Notes under the pieces: generated by a model | Told to the model about the DNA's origin: nothing | The model's input: the letters and a program-made list of their open reading frames with translations, nothing else | Databases searched by the model: none | In this document: positions 1 to 11,694 of the stretch, piece after piece | How positions within the stretch are numbered: the first letter of the stretch is position 1 | How the letters are laid out: each line of letters starts with the position of its first letter | DNA from: an uncultured Acidobacteriota bacterium | GTDB taxonomy: Bacteria; Acidobacteriota; UBA6911 | DNA: 64,000 bases | Assembly: GCA_963827655.1 (NCBI GenBank) | Contig: CAWHCF010000010.1 | Location: 64,001-128,000, forward strand | Reading direction: 5' to 3' | Position numbers and translations under genes: made by a program

Positions 1-750
1 AAACGGTGGCCCGACGCAAAGAGTTTGAGATTTGCGTTGGCTCCAACGGACGATGAAGCGGATGATCCCCTGTTCGTGAGGAATCTCCGGATGGGCATCC
101 TCATGATCACACTAGCCGCACCCACCCTCTTATCGTCAACGGTGTTCGCGTGGTTCTACCCCGGGATGGTCCGCCGCCTGGCGGCTTCACTTGCGGGTAT
201 CGTTGCTGGGTTCCTTCTGATGACTCTCGTTTCCACCGTGCTGTTGCTTCGCCAGGGATTCGGTTTGCGAGCCACCGTTCAAGCCGCCCTTCGTCAACCG
301 CGAGGCTGGAGGTTGTGGTACCCAAAGCGATTCCGCCGTCGAGGTGATGTGTACGATCGCCTTCTGGCCCCGATCTCGCGAGTCCGTCTCCACTTCGCCC
401 TGCTTTTCGGTTTCATGTTCGGGATTTACTTTCCCCTGCTCATCGGATTGGCAGCGACACAGGGGTTGGAAGCGATCTCGGGCCTGCAGTTTGTCCCGAT
501 GGTCCTGGTTGTTTTGGCCTTCATCGAGCGTCGGCGAACGGTGAAGCAGATCGCGGCAATGCTGGGAACTACTCCGGCGGAAGCCTCGAAGATTATCAGC
601 ACACCGACATGGAGGACCTCCGTCTGGCAACGCGATCCTGCGGCAAAGCTGATTCGTCGAGAACCTGGTGCCCCGGCTGGAACCCTGGTGCAAACTCCCG
701 TCACGGCAACCGCAACCATGGAGTCCGGCGACCGTCCCACGGTGGGTTAA
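1..750 (+). CDS. 5'-partial membrane protein, probably the C-terminal part of a Ser/Thr protein kinase
   Basis: Frame is open from base 1. KRWPDAKSLRFAL resembles the end of a Hanks kinase C-lobe and is followed by ~4 hydrophobic segments; stop at 750. Confidence 0.5.
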   Translation, partial: KRWPDAKSLRFALAPTDDEADDPLFVRNLRMGILMITLAAPTLLSSTVFAWFYPGMVRRLAASLAGIVAGFLLMTLVSTVLLLRQGFGLRATVQAALRQPRGWRLWYPKRFRRRGDVYDRLLAPISRVRLHFALLFGFMFGIYFPLLIGLAATQGLEAISGLQFVPMVLVVLAFIERRRTVKQIAAMLGTTPAEASKIISTPTWRTSVWQRDPAAKLIRREPGAPAGTLVQTPVTATATMESGDRPTVG

Positions 751-1048
751 GCAACAACACGTCTATGCCCAACAGGTTCGCGATACCCCAGACGCGAACA
801 GTCCAGTCGCTCCACTCGAAGGTCTGGCGGAGACGGATGCTTCTGGGCGGTACCGGCTTGAACTCCCTCAGGGCGTTACCATCTCCGGGCAGCGGCTGGG
901 CAAACTGCACCCCAGGGTCGCCCAATCGAATGTTGAGGTGGGAAGCGATTCGTGTGAGAGTGCAACGCGCGATGGAAGGAGCGTGTCCCTGGCGAATTAA
1001 TAATTGCGGCTAGAATCCGCTTCTTTACTCTTTCTGGTAACATTCGGA

Positions 1049-1465
1049 ATGCGCGATCTCATCCTCCTATTCGTCCATGTCCTCGCCACTTCTATTCGTC
1101 TCGCTCGGCCCGGAGGCGTGCGGTCCGTTCTCGCCGAGTCCGTTCTGCTTAAACACCAATTGCTGATTTTAAATCGTTCCCGCCGCCGGGCACCGAATCT
1201 CCGGGCATCGGACCGGTTGATCGCTGGATTGTGCGCTCTATTTGTTCTGCCAAGACGGCTGGTTCGGTCGGCAGTCGTGATGAAACCGTCAACCCTGTTG
1301 AATTTCCATAACGCGCTGGTTCGTCGAAAATACCGGCTGCTGTTTTCCCCAAAACACAGAGCGAAACCCGGACCGAAAGGCCCAAGTCTGGATCTTATTC
1401 GTGCCGTTATTGAAATGAAGCAGCGTAATCCCCGTTGGGGATGTCCCTCGCATTGCCGAGCAGAG
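1049..1465 (+). pseudogene. Truncated integrase-core-type transposase (N-terminal part only)
   Basis: MRDLILLFVH...AESVLLKHQLLILNRSRRRAPNL...KPSTLLNFH...KPGPKGP...MKQRNPRWGCP is a typical N-terminus of this family. The sequence switches to IstA-like residues before any DDE core. Confidence 0.75.
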
Positions 1466-1765
1466 CATCGACGGCAGCGCGGTCAGGGGCCAAAACCGTC
1501 CGATCCCGCTCCGCAAGAAAAAACTTCTGCTCGCCAGAGTCCCCGAACTCGCGCCCTACATCGAGGCCGCGCCACGGTGCCGCTACGGCGATTGCTCCGG
1601 CTCGTGGACGACTATCCCCGCTCGGTCCTGTTGGAAGCCATCCAGTCTAGCCTGCTCAATATGGCCTCTATGACCTGGAGCGGGTAGAAACCATGATCCT
1701 GCGCAAGCTTGCGCGAGAATACTTCCAGATCAAGCCACACCAAGCAGCGAGGACGAGGATGAGTG
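1465..1765 (+). pseudogene. istA: IS21-family IstA C-terminal fragment
   Basis: Across frames: LRRLLRLVDDYPRSVLLEAIQ..YGLYDLERVETMILRKLAREYFQI, directly overlapping the istB start. Confidence 0.6.
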
Positions 1766-2290
1766 AAGACATTAAGCAACTTCTGAAAGAATCTGCACCT
1801 CCAGAAGATGGTCGAGATCATCGATGCCGAACTCGAGGCCGCCCGGAAAAACTCCCCGTCCTATACTGATTTCCTCGCACGACTTCTCCGCGGGCCGAGT
1901 GGCTCGATCAGCACAAAAGCGTGTGCAATCCCGCATCCAGCAGGCACGCATCCCGGAGCTTTGGACTCTGGAGTCGTTCCCGTTCAAGAATCAAGCCGGC
2001 GTTTCACGCCCCATATCCCCGAGCTTGCGGAACTCGAGTTCATCCCCAAAGCGGAGAACATCGTTCTGATCGGCAATACAGGCGTCGGCAAGACGGGTTT
2101 GACCTCGGGGTTGTTGCTGAAGGCCTTACAAAATGGCTATCGAGGCTTGTTCATCAAGGCGCAGGACCTGTTCGACGATATGTACGCCTCGATCGCCGAT
2201 CGCTCCTCGCGCAAACTCGTTAAACGCCTGGGCAACGTCGACGTCCTGCTAGTCGATGAAATGGGCTATTTAAACCTGCGCCCCGAGTTT
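1759..2290 (+). pseudogene. istB: IS21-family helper ATPase IstB, frameshifted and C-terminally truncated
   Basis: MSEDIKQLLKNLHL..., ENIVLIGNTGVGKT (Walker A), DVLLVDEMGY (Walker B). Homology stops at YLNLRPE next to the pfk stop codon. Confidence 0.85.
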
Positions 2291-2296
2291 TTTGTT

Positions 2297-3433
2297 TCAC
2301 AAAACAGGCCAGTTCAGCGCCGTGTCGCGGCGCGCGTTGAGCCTGTCCTTGTCGTACAACAGTTCCACATCGACGACGCGCACCGGATTACTCAATACCG
2401 ATAGCGGCGCCGTTGTGATGCGGCCTCCCTGCACGGCGACCATTTGCCCGTACTCCTTACGCATCAAGAGGTCCACGGCGCTTATCCCGAAGTAGTGGCC
2501 CATCTTCACATCGAAAGCCGAGGGATCGCCGCCACGCTGCAAGTATCCGAGTCTTTCGGCGAAGGTATCGAGGCCGGTGCGCTTCTTTATCTGGTCGGCC
2601 AGAATCTCGCCCACACCCCCGAGGTGCGCGTGTCCGAAGGAGTCGACCTCGAAACTCCGCGCCACAATCTCGCCGCCGGCCTCTTTGGCCCCCTCGGCCA
2701 CGACCAGAAGTGTGTAACGCGACTTGAGTTTCTTGCGCGCGTTCAACAGCTCCAGAAGTTTGGTCAGTTCAAAGTTGTATTCCGGAATCAGGATGAAGTG
2801 CGCGCTGCTCACCATTCCTCCCGCCATGGCGAGGAATCCCGAGTGGCGGCCCATGACCTCGACAACGGCTGTCTTTCGGTGCGAGCCCGAAACGGTGCGC
2901 GCATGGTCGATCAGCAACTTGATGTTGTTGACCGCAGTGTCGAAACCGAGTGAGTATTCCGTGCCTGGCAAATCTAAATCGATGGTCTTGGGAATTCCGA
3001 CCACCGGAATGCCATAGGCCTGGTACAGCCGGTTGGCCACTCCGAGAGTATCCTCGCCTCCGACGGCAACCAGGGCCTGGAGCCCGATCGATTCTATGTT
3101 GCGAGCCACGGTCGCGCTCTCGTCGCGGCTCTTCCCATCCTTGCCTTTGACATTGAAAGGATTGGTGCGGGATGTGCCAATGGCCGTGCCCCCGTCGCGA
3201 TCGATCTTGCGGACCATGAAATCGGTGAGTACCTGCACGTAGCGCTCATCCCCCATCCCTTTTCCGGGGTCGAGCATCAGAAGGCCTTCCCATCCTTCCT
3301 TGATCGCGACTACCTCCACTTCAACGCCATCCCTTTGTCGATGAATGGCGCCGTAAACGACCCACTTGATGGCGGCATTGAGGCCGGCGCAATCTCCGCC
3401 GCCGGTCAGAATTCCTATTCTCATTTTTGCCAT
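2297..3433 (-). CDS. pfkA: 6-phosphofructokinase, PfkA family, PPi-type signature
   Basis: IGILTGGGDCAGLN, GTSRTNP, GGEDT, PKTIDLD, SLGFDTA, EVMGRHSG and LGYLQRGG motifs. Confidence 0.93.
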   Translation of the reverse strand: MAKMRIGILTGGGDCAGLNAAIKWVVYGAIHRQRDGVEVEVVAIKEGWEGLLMLDPGKGMGDERYVQVLTDFMVRKIDRDGGTAIGTSRTNPFNVKGKDGKSRDESATVARNIESIGLQALVAVGGEDTLGVANRLYQAYGIPVVGIPKTIDLDLPGTEYSLGFDTAVNNIKLLIDHARTVSGSHRKTAVVEVMGRHSGFLAMAGGMVSSAHFILIPEYNFELTKLLELLNARKKLKSRYTLLVVAEGAKEAGGEIVARSFEVDSFGHAHLGGVGEILADQIKKRTGLDTFAERLGYLQRGGDPSAFDVKMGHYFGISAVDLLMRKEYGQMVAVQGGRITTAPLSVLSNPVRVVDVELLYDKDRLNARRDTALNWPVL

Positions 3434-3452
3434 ACATTCCTCGCGGAGACTG

Positions 3453-3725
3453 CTAGTCAAAGACGACGGTCTGAAGGGAGGTTATTTCGATGGTTTTGCC
3501 GCAACGTGGATTCTTGCAGCGCAGTTTGTCGTCCAGACGGATTCGGTAGTCGCGGGCTTTGGCGAACCTGGCCCGGTCTCGCTCATCCGCGCGGGGGGGC
3601 AGCGCTCGTTTCTTGGTCCGATGGCGCCATCTTATCGGGTATTCGAGAGTCTCACGGCACTTGGGACAATAGATCTGGGCAGCAACTACATCGTCTCTTT
3701 CATCGAAAAAGTCCCGCTCTTCCAT
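3453..3725 (-). CDS. Small conserved hypothetical zinc-ribbon protein
   Basis: 90 aa with CPKC and CKNPRC pairs; ends ~20 bp upstream of the pfk start, likely co-transcribed. Confidence 0.75.
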   Translation of the reverse strand: MEERDFFDERDDVVAAQIYCPKCRETLEYPIRWRHRTKKRALPPRADERDRARFAKARDYRIRLDDKLRCKNPRCGKTIEITSLQTVVFD

Positions 3726-3877
3726 TCCTCAGGATCCCTCTCGCAGAAGACCATCTGGCCGCCAGTTGGCCGGGATGGACCGCGAGGAAGGGGTTATTAT
3801 ATTTCACACGAAAATCTCCGTCATGTAGAATGCGTCTTCGCAGCTTGGCGGACGCTAAACAAGCGCGAATCATTATC

Positions 3878-4618
3878 ATGAGTATTCTGGATAGTCTCTT
3901 CAGCCGGAACGCCGGGCCTTCGGCTTTTCGATTACGCCGCGCACTGAAGCACGCGACCGAGACTCATGGCGATCCGGCGACCCGCGTCGCGGCGCTGGAC
4001 CGCCTGGCGGGATGGGGAACACCCGAAGCGATCGCAGCGCTGCTGCGCCGCTTCACCATCCAGGTGCCTCAGGGAAGCATGGACCTGGAGGAAAAGCAAT
4101 ACACGGTGCGCCTTCTGGCCCAGATGGGAAAGCCCGCCGTGGAGCCAATCCTGCGTTATCTTCATTCCCAGGGAGAAGTAACCTGGCCGGTGCGCGCCTT
4201 GCGCGAGATCCTTCCCCCGGAAGAATTCCACGCCGCCCTCAAAAACGTGTTGGATAGGTTGGGCTCAGGATACACGCGCTGGCCTGAAGCCAAGACTGTG
4301 CTCATCGCCCATCTACCGGACGAAGCGTTTCCGATGATGCGCGAGACGGTCCTCAGGATTCTCGAAGATGAAAATGATGACGTCTGTATCGCCGCCGCCG
4401 ACTACCTGGCCCGCAACGGGGATGATGAAGTACGAGAGCATCTGATTGAAGCGTTCCTGAATTCCGAGTCTCGTCCTCGAGTACGCGGCCGAATTCTCGA
4501 CCACTTCTGCGATCGCGAGTGGCCGGTAAAAGGGTACCGGAAGAAGGTCGAAGAGGCGATACCGGAGCCCTTCTATCTCACCTCCAGGGGCACGGTGAAG
4601 CGCCGCTCGATCTCGTGA
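3878..4618 (+). CDS. HEAT-repeat domain protein
   Basis: Repeated helical motifs (DPATRVAALDRLA, DENDDVCIAAADYLA). ATG 3878 chosen inside the longer ORF. Confidence 0.75.
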   Translation: MSILDSLFSRNAGPSAFRLRRALKHATETHGDPATRVAALDRLAGWGTPEAIAALLRRFTIQVPQGSMDLEEKQYTVRLLAQMGKPAVEPILRYLHSQGEVTWPVRALREILPPEEFHAALKNVLDRLGSGYTRWPEAKTVLIAHLPDEAFPMMRETVLRILEDENDDVCIAAADYLARNGDDEVREHLIEAFLNSESRPRVRGRILDHFCDREWPVKGYRKKVEEAIPEPFYLTSRGTVKRRSIS

Positions 4619-4637
4619 CTGCGGTCTAAATCCTTTT

Positions 4638-5535
4638 TTATCCAGCTCTCAATTTTGTCCCGAGAAAAGTCTCCAGAGTCTGGTTGAAGGTCTGAGGCTT
4701 CTCGAGAAAAAGCGCGTGCCCCGCCTCGGGTACGATCTCGAGCTTCGATTTGGCAATTTTGCCTTGCATGAATTCACCGAGAGCGCGGCTTTCCGGTGTG
4801 ACCATGATCAGGGTAGGAGTTGTAATGCGCAGCAGGGCGGGACGGCGGTCGCCTGAAAACAGGTCGAAGAATAATGCCATGGCAGTTCCTACCGGCGTCT
4901 TCAAGCTCCCGTCCATGGTCTCCTTGTACAAAAGCTCCGACTGTTTCGACTTGAACATCGAGCGCGCAAATTGATTGGCGAACTTGGGGCGGTCTTCTTG
5001 AATCTTCATCACAAGGTCTCTCCCCTGCTGCGCCGTGTATCCGCAGGGTAATCGGGCTGCTTCAAGAAGGCCGGAAATCCATCCACCAGCACCAGGTGAT
5101 CCGGTTGAATAGCTTCTGAGCTCGAGACGTACTCCAGCAGGGTTACGACGCCGCCGACCAGCCCACGAGATCGGCATGTTGCATGTTCAACGTCTTGAGG
5201 AACGCATGCAGATCGGCCGCATGCTGTTGATACGTGTTACCTGCTTCTGTTTTGGTCGTCAGACCCTGGCTGCGCGGATCGAGGGCGACGACACGAAATC
5301 CTCGCGCCGCGAAATAGGGGATCTGCTCCCTCCAGATCTCAGCCGTCATGGTCCATCCTGGAATGAAAACCAGGTTGCGCTCGCCCGCGCCCGCTTCCAG
5401 ATAGTGGACCTTGATATCGCCGATCTGGACGTACATGTCCTTCCAGGATTTCTTGTCCGCCCCTGATGCCAGAACGCCGGACGCAAGAGACAGAATAAGG
5501 CAATGACGCAGCCACGAAAGTCGGGAACGACGCAT
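4638..5535 (-). CDS. Secreted alpha/beta hydrolase (frameshifted near 5090-5160)
   Basis: Signal peptide, LVFIPGWT, VVALDPRSQG, nucleophile elbow VGWSA, C-terminal PEAGHALFLEKPQTFN; split across two ORFs. Confidence 0.85.
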
Positions 5536-5809
5536 AGGAGGGCTCCCTTCTCACGAGTCAGCCGATGTTACAGTACAAAATCGCCCGGTGCAAATCCAAG
5601 TAATTCGCGGCTGCGAACACCCGAAGACACGAAGACACAAGGAAACACCAAGAATCCTGACCACCCCTTGCCTTTGCGCGGAGCATTCTGCTATGCTCGA
5701 CTCAGTTCGATACGAAGGGATTCAAGAAACTGATCCAGTTGCACCTGCTGAAGGGGGTGACCCGGGCAGGCCTCCCAGGCAGGTTGGGTTTCACAGCGAA
5801 GGAGATCCT

Positions 5810-8800
5810 ATGCGGCGCTGGCTTGCCTTGTCTCTGTTAGCCTTTGGTGTGTCTTCGTCACCTGGTCCTGGCCCAGATCGGTACCGCGACGCTCACCGGA
5901 CGCGTAACCGATCCCTCGGGCGCCGTGGTCCCTGGAGTCTCGATCACGGTGGTTCAAACCGGGACGAACTTCGAGTTCACCGCCCTCACAAATGCCGAGG
6001 GCATTTACCGAGTTCAATCGCTCCAACCGGGCACCTACCGGATATCTTTCGAGATGTCTGGATTCAAACGTGTAGTAAGGGACACGGTCGAGCTGCGCGT
6101 GGGCGATACCGTCCCGGTTGACGCCGTTCTCCAGATCGGGGCAGCGAGCGACTCGATCGAGATCACCGCGCATACCCAGATGCTCGAGACCGAAACCTCG
6201 GCCACCGGAACGGTTCAGGCGGGCGAGTTCCTGTACAAGATGCCGCTGTATCAGCGTTACGTCAACTCGACTCTGCATCTCGTGCCAGGCATGCAGGCCG
6301 GCGGTTACGCTTACGGCGGCGACCTGGGCGCGTACCACGTGGCCGGACAGCGCAGCGGCGCGATCGGAGTGGTCGAAGACGGAGCGCCAGGGAACGACCC
6401 CGGCGCCGGCACCGCGACCGTCAAGCCGCTTCAGAATGCGGTCGCGGAGGTCAAGGTTCTGACCACGACGCTCCCCGCCGAGTACGGCCACTCAGCCGGC
6501 GGTGTCATCAATGTCGTCAAGAAGACGGGCACGAATGAGCTCCACGGTATGGCCTCCGCTTACGGCCGGACGCGCAGCATGCAGCACCGGCTGTTCTTTG
6601 ACAGGGACCGAACCTCGGCGCCGACGCCGACGGCCCCCGATGGGTTGCCCGGTTTCTTCATGCTGCCCGACGCCAACCTGGGCGGACCGGTCGTCATCCC
6701 GAAACTGTACAACGGGCGCAACAAGACTTTCTTCTTCGTCGGATACCAGCGGCTGATCGAGAAGAAGATCGCACAGGCATTCGGCGCCGTTCCGACGCCC
6801 GACATGTTCGCCGGCGACTTCTCGTTCGGCGGTCTCGGTAATCCGGTCTACGACCCGGCGACGACGCGGCAGCTTGCGGACGGCACGTGGACGCGCGATC
6901 TGTTCCCGGGCAACCGCATCCCTCAAAGCCGGTACGACCCGGTCGCCCGGAAGATGCTCGAGATCAATCCCTGGCGCGCGCCCAACTATGCGGGCACGTT
7001 CAACGCGAACGGTCCCGTAGGCAACCTGCTCTACGACGAGTTAGCGCGGGTCTTTTTCGATGACTGGAACGCGCGGGTCGACCACCAGTTCACACCCCAG
7101 CTGCGCCTCTTCTGGAGCTTCACCGGGAACTGGCAGAGCGGCTACGGGCGGCCCACGAACATCCACCTCACCGACTTTGACGCGACTAACGGCAACTACA
7201 CGCCCAACAATGTCGCCAACCACTCGCTCGGGGTGACCTGGGTAGCAAACCCCACGCTGGTGAACGACATCCGGGTCGGGTACTTCCGGCGGCGTAACGA
7301 TCGCCTGGTTCCGTCCTATCAAAAGAACTACGCGCAGCAGCTCGGCATCCCGAACGTCTCGGGGGAGCTTCTGCCGGCGTTTGGAACCGGAGACCAGTTC
7401 AGCCCCGAATCGATCTACGGCTTGACCACGAGCGGCCCTCAGCAGCGGATCGGTGAGACCGTTTCGTTCCGCGACGATATCACCAAGATGCGGGGCAAGC
7501 ATGCATTCAAGATGGGTTACGAAGTGCTCAACCACCGGCTTAACATGACCGTGACCAACCGGCCCAGCGGCGATTTCCGCTTCGATGGCATGACCGCAGG
7601 GCTGCAGCCGGACGGCAACGCGCTGCCGCGGACCGGCAATACCTTTGCGGGCTTCCTCCTCGGGCACGTGCGCCAGGTGACCTTCGACCAGGAACTCACC
7701 AGCTGGCTCCCCCGATCCTGGAGCCACAGCTTCTACTTCCAGGATGACTGGAAGGCCTCGTCGACCCTGACCCTGAACCTGGGGGTCCGGTACATGGCCG
7801 AGAGTCCGTACAGCACGAAAAACGGACGCATGACTAACTTCGACCCGGCGGCGATCGACCCGCTGACAGGGTTGCGCGGCGCGCTGATTCACCCGGACTC
7901 GGATCTCAATGAGCGCGACCTGAATAACTTCCAGCCTCGCATAGGCGCCGCCTGGCATCCATTCGACAAATGGGTGTTCCGCGGCGGGTTCGCCTTCACC
8001 ACGGTCGACGTGAAATTCCCGCAGGACCGCATCCAGTTCGAGGAGTACGTCGCGGTGGCGAACCAGCAGCGCGCTCCCGGCGACCCGCGGCCGCTCTACG
8101 TGATCAGCCGGGGTCCCGATCCGGTCACCTACAACATCCTGCCCGACGGGACCGCACCCTTTGTAGGAACCAACTACTCGGCGCGCAACTCGGAATGGTG
8201 GGATCCGAACCTGCACAATCCTTACGTCATGAACTGGCACGGCAGCGTCCAGTACGAGGTCCAGCCCAACTACGTCCTCGAGTTTTCATACCAGGGCTCG
8301 TCCGGGATCGGTCTGGTCGAGCGCTGGCAGGCCAACACCTTCCCGATTGATTTCGGCGCCGACAATCCTGCCCTGCGAGCCGAGGTCTTCCGGACGCCTC
8401 AGAATTACCGGCCTTACTCCCATTTCGGCAACGTGATGCAACGGAGCAATTTCGGGCATTCGACCTTCCACTCCGGGACCGTGAAACTCGAGAAGCGCTT
8501 CTCGCGCGGCCTCAGCTTCACGACTTTTTATACCTTCTCGAAGGCGATCGACAGCCAGGACACCGACAACTCGGGCGCCGGGCGCGCGTCGCTCTACAAC
8601 ATGGCGATCGAAAAAGGGCGGGCCGGATTCGATCGGAACCACCGCTGGGTGGGCGCGGCCCTCTACGAGCTGCCCATGGGCAGTGGAAAGCGCTTCTTCA
8701 ACCAGGGCGGGTTTATGAACCATCTGCTCGGGGGATTCGAGCTGGCGTGGATCCAGACCTACGAGACCGGGAACCCGCTGACGTTCGGCTTCGCCGGCAG

Positions 8801-9236
8801 CCCGTCGAACTACTATCCGACGTTTGCCGGTGACCGGCGCCCCGACGTCCTGAGCTGGCCACAGCTGCGGGATGACTGGTACGACCTCGGACCGGACCGC
8901 TTCAACCAGCAGAACAGCAACCCGGTCGTCCTGATCGACCACTTCGGCTACCCGGCGGCCTTCACCCCCGGCAATGCGGGGCGAAACATCATGACCGGGA
9001 CTCCGCTGCGCTGGACTCAGTTATCGGTGCAGAAGAACGTCTACATGGGAGAGCGCTGGAAGATGCAGATCCGGTGGGATTTCCAGAACGCGTTCAAGAC
9101 TTACAACTTCAACACCCCGACCACGACCGTCGATCTTCAGAACCCGCGCACCTTCGGGAAGGTTACGTCCGACCCGCGGACCGCGAGCTTCGGAGGTCAG
9201 CCGTTGATGAACCTGACTCTGCAGCTGAGTTTCTGA
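5810..9236 (+). CDS. TonB-dependent receptor with N-terminal carboxypeptidase-regulatory-like domain
   Basis: GRVTDPSGAVVPG, AEYGHSAGGV, FYFQDDWK, NNFQPRIGAAW, C-terminal LQLSF. Frameshift in the signal peptide; GGAGA RBS before ATG 5810. Confidence 0.92.
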
Positions 9237-9248
9237 CGGGATGCGCAT

Positions 9249-9302
9249 CTTCGCGTCTTGGCGGTGGGTGGTTTCGAAAACATCCACCGCCAAGACGCGA
9301 AG
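9249..9302. repeat. Perfect 19-bp inverted repeat (REP-like/terminator), member of the GAAGACRC family
   Basis: cttcgcgtcttggcggtgg (9249-9267) pairs with ccaccgccaagacgcgaag (9284-9302), just after the receptor stop. Confidence 0.85.
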
Positions 9303-9413
9303 CCGCAGCCGATCTCTGCCAACTCTCTTCGCTCACGAGAAAGTTCTAGACCCCTGCGGGCCAAGCCAGCTAGCATCTTCCCGCTCCAATTCTGATGTGT
9401 TGCCAAACACTCG

Positions 9414-11420
9414 ATGCGACGAGAATACTACTCTGCCTCAATCGCCGACTTTCTGACCACCACCGCGAACGAAATTCTCGGTCAACTCGCGCGCAGTAAT
9501 CCCTTCACCCTCGAACAAACTCAACGCAACGCGTGGCTGGAAGAGATCAGAATTCTCCAGCAGGTCCTGACCAGCCGCGAAGGCCGCATCTATTTCGAGT
9601 ACGCCATCCCTCGAATGGGAAAACGCATCGACGTCGTCCTGCTCGTCGGCCCGGTAATCTTCGTTCTCGAATTCAAGATTGGCGAGAGAGACTTCACACC
9701 ATCCGCGCTCGATCAGGTATGCGATTATGCCCTCGACCTGAAAAACTTCCACGAGTCGAGCTACGACCGTTTCATCGCTCCAGTTCTCATCGCGACTGCC
9801 GCGCAGCACGTCACTCCCATTGTTTGCGCCACACCGCAGAACGACAAACTGCTTTCTCCGATTCGATGCACAGTTGCTTTACTCGGCGAAGCCATCGACG
9901 AGGTTCTAAGTTTTGCTGAAGGCGCCGCTAACATAGACCCGGAAAGCTGGGAACGCGGTCGCTACTGTCCGACACCGACAATCATCGAAGCTGCACTCGC
10001 GCTCTACAAAGGACACTCAGTCAGCGACATCTCGCGCAACGATGCGACGGCTATCAATCTGAGTCTCACGTCGGAGGCGATCGACGAAGTTATCCGTGCT
10101 TCAAAAGAGAAATCGCGTAAATCAATCTGTTTCGTCACCGGCGTTCCCGGCGCCGGGAAGACGTTGGTGGGTCTCAACACCGCGACCAAACATCACGACG
10201 AACACGATAGCCTCTACAGCGTCTTCCTCTCCGGCAATGGCCCGCTGGTGGCCATCTTGCGCGAAGCACTGGCGCGCGATCACATACAGCACGAAAAAGA
10301 TCACGGGCGAAAAACAACCAAAGGCGAAGCGCGGAGCAAGGTGAGTGCGTTTATCCAAAACGTTCACCACTTCCGCGATGAAGGTCTTATCGATTCAAGC
10401 CGTCCGCCGATTGAACACGTCGCGCTCTTCGATGAAGCGCAACGGGCCTGGAACCTGCAGCAGACGTCCAGCTTCATGCTTCGCAAGAAGAGCGTTCCCA
10501 ATTTCAATCAATCGGAGCCCGAATTTCTGATCTCCTGTCTTGATCGTCATCCAGACTGGGCCGTGATTGTTTGCCTGGTGGGCGGTGGTCAGGAGATTAA
10601 TACCGGCGAGGCAGGCATTGGCGAATGGATCAGAGCGCTGGAGCATTCGTTCCCTGATTGGCACATCTACATCTCATCCCGGCTTACTGACAGTGAGTAC
10701 AGGGCAGGGCTTGCCGGTACCGGGACCCCTGACGACCGGGTCATCCGTCACCTTCGTGTTAACCATCCCCTCGTTTTCAAGGACGAACTCCATTTGTCGG
10801 TCTCGATGCGTTCCTTCCGCGCTGAGAACGTGTCTCGCCTGGTCAAAGAACTGTTGGACCTGGAAGCTCAGAACGCAAGAAGCACTTTGGCGGAACTAAA
10901 CGCGAAGTATCCAATCGTCCTCACCCGCGATCTCGCCCAAGCCAAGCAATGGCTTAAGAGCCAAGCGCGCGGTTCTGAGCGTTACGGGATCGTCGTTTCC
11001 TCTCAAGCGGAACGGCTAAAGCCCCACGCGATCGACGTCAAGTCGCCAATGGATCCGATTCATTGGTTTCTCGACGGCAAGGAAGACGTGCGCTCGTCGT
11101 ATTACCTTGAGGACGTCGCCACTGAATTTCACGTGCAAGGCCTGGAACTCGACTGGGCCTGCGTCACCTGGGACGCCGACTTCCGTCACACTCGTGACGG
11201 TTGGCAACATTGGTCCTTCACCGGCGACCGCTGGAACCGCATCAGGAAACCCGAACGGCAGGTGTATCTCAAGAACGCCTACCGCGTCCTCCTGACCCGC
11301 GCGCGCCAGGGAATGGTTCTCGTCGTACCTCCGGGCGATTCGGGCGATCCCACGCGCAACCCTGAGTTTTATGATCCAACATTCGAGTATTTGCGCGACG
11401 TCGGCTTTAGCACTATCTGA
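9414..11420 (+). CDS. DUF2075 (Schlafen group-3-like) DNA/RNA helicase with N-terminal PD-(D/E)xK-like domain
   Basis: KRIDVVLL...VLEFK nuclease-like motif, GVPGAGKT Walker [10 protein letters not shown] Walker [21 protein letters not shown]. Confidence 0.85.
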   Translation: MRREYYSASIADFLTTTANEILGQLARSNPFTLEQTQRNAWLEEIRILQQVLTSREGRIYFEYAIPRMGKRIDVVLLVGPVIFVLEFKIGERDFTPSALDQVCDYALDLKNFHESSYDRFIAPVLIATAAQHVTPIVCATPQNDKLLSPIRCTVALLGEAIDEVLSFAEGAANIDPESWERGRYCPTPTIIEAALALYKGHSVSDISRNDATAINLSLTSEAIDEVIRASKEKSRKSICFVTGVPGAGKTLVGLNTATKHHDEHDSLYSVFLSGNGPLVAILREALARDHIQHEKDHGRKTTKGEARSKVSAFIQNVHHFRDEGLIDSSRPPIEHVALFDEAQRAWNLQQTSSFMLRKKSVPNFNQSEPEFLISCLDRHPDWAVIVCLVGGGQEINTGEAGIGEWIRALEHSFPDWHIYISSRLTDSEYRAGLAGTGTPDDRVIRHLRVNHPLVFKDELHLSVSMRSFRAENVSRLVKELLDLEAQNARSTLAELNAKYPIVLTRDLAQAKQWLKSQARGSERYGIVVSSQAERLKPHAIDVKSPMDPIHWFLDGKEDVRSSYYLEDVATEFHVQGLELDWACVTWDADFRHTRDGWQHWSFTGDRWNRIRKPERQVYLKNAYRVLLTRARQGMVLVVPPGDSGDPTRNPEFYDPTFEYLRDVGFSTI

Positions 11421-11463
11421 ATCGAGAAAATCACTTTCAGGAAGGGAAGTTCATTGGGAGAGT

Positions 11464-11694
11464 CTACCTATTGGCCAATTCTCGGGCGTGAGGAATCTCG
11501 CGTCCGCCGACAGGCCGCAGCTGCGATGCCTCCAACGTCACAACCGCCGCAGTGGTCCCGTCTAGGGTGACAAACTCCACTTCGTAGGCTTGGCCATCCC
11601 TGTAGACGTGAACCACCGTGCCCACGTCACCGGCTTCGAGTGCTTCGGCAGGCACAGCCGTCTTAAGTACCACTCGTTCATGCTCCTTTATCAT
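11464..11694 (-). CDS. DUF4926 domain protein (putative antitoxin/immunity)
   Basis: MIKEHERVVL...LEAGDVGTVVHVY..GQAYEVEFVTLDG is the DUF4926 pattern. Confidence 0.88.
   Translation of the reverse strand: MIKEHERVVLKTAVPAEALEAGDVGTVVHVYRDGQAYEVEFVTLDGTTAAVVTLEASQLRPVGGREIPHARELANR

Noticed and set aside
751-983. Short overlapping ORFs upstream of the IS relic
   Set aside because: No recognisable motifs or RBS support.
5700-5809. Possible riboswitch in the receptor leader (acctgc...gcaggt stem)
   Set aside because: No conserved cobalamin, TPP, SAM or glycine signature recognised; an Rfam scan would be needed.
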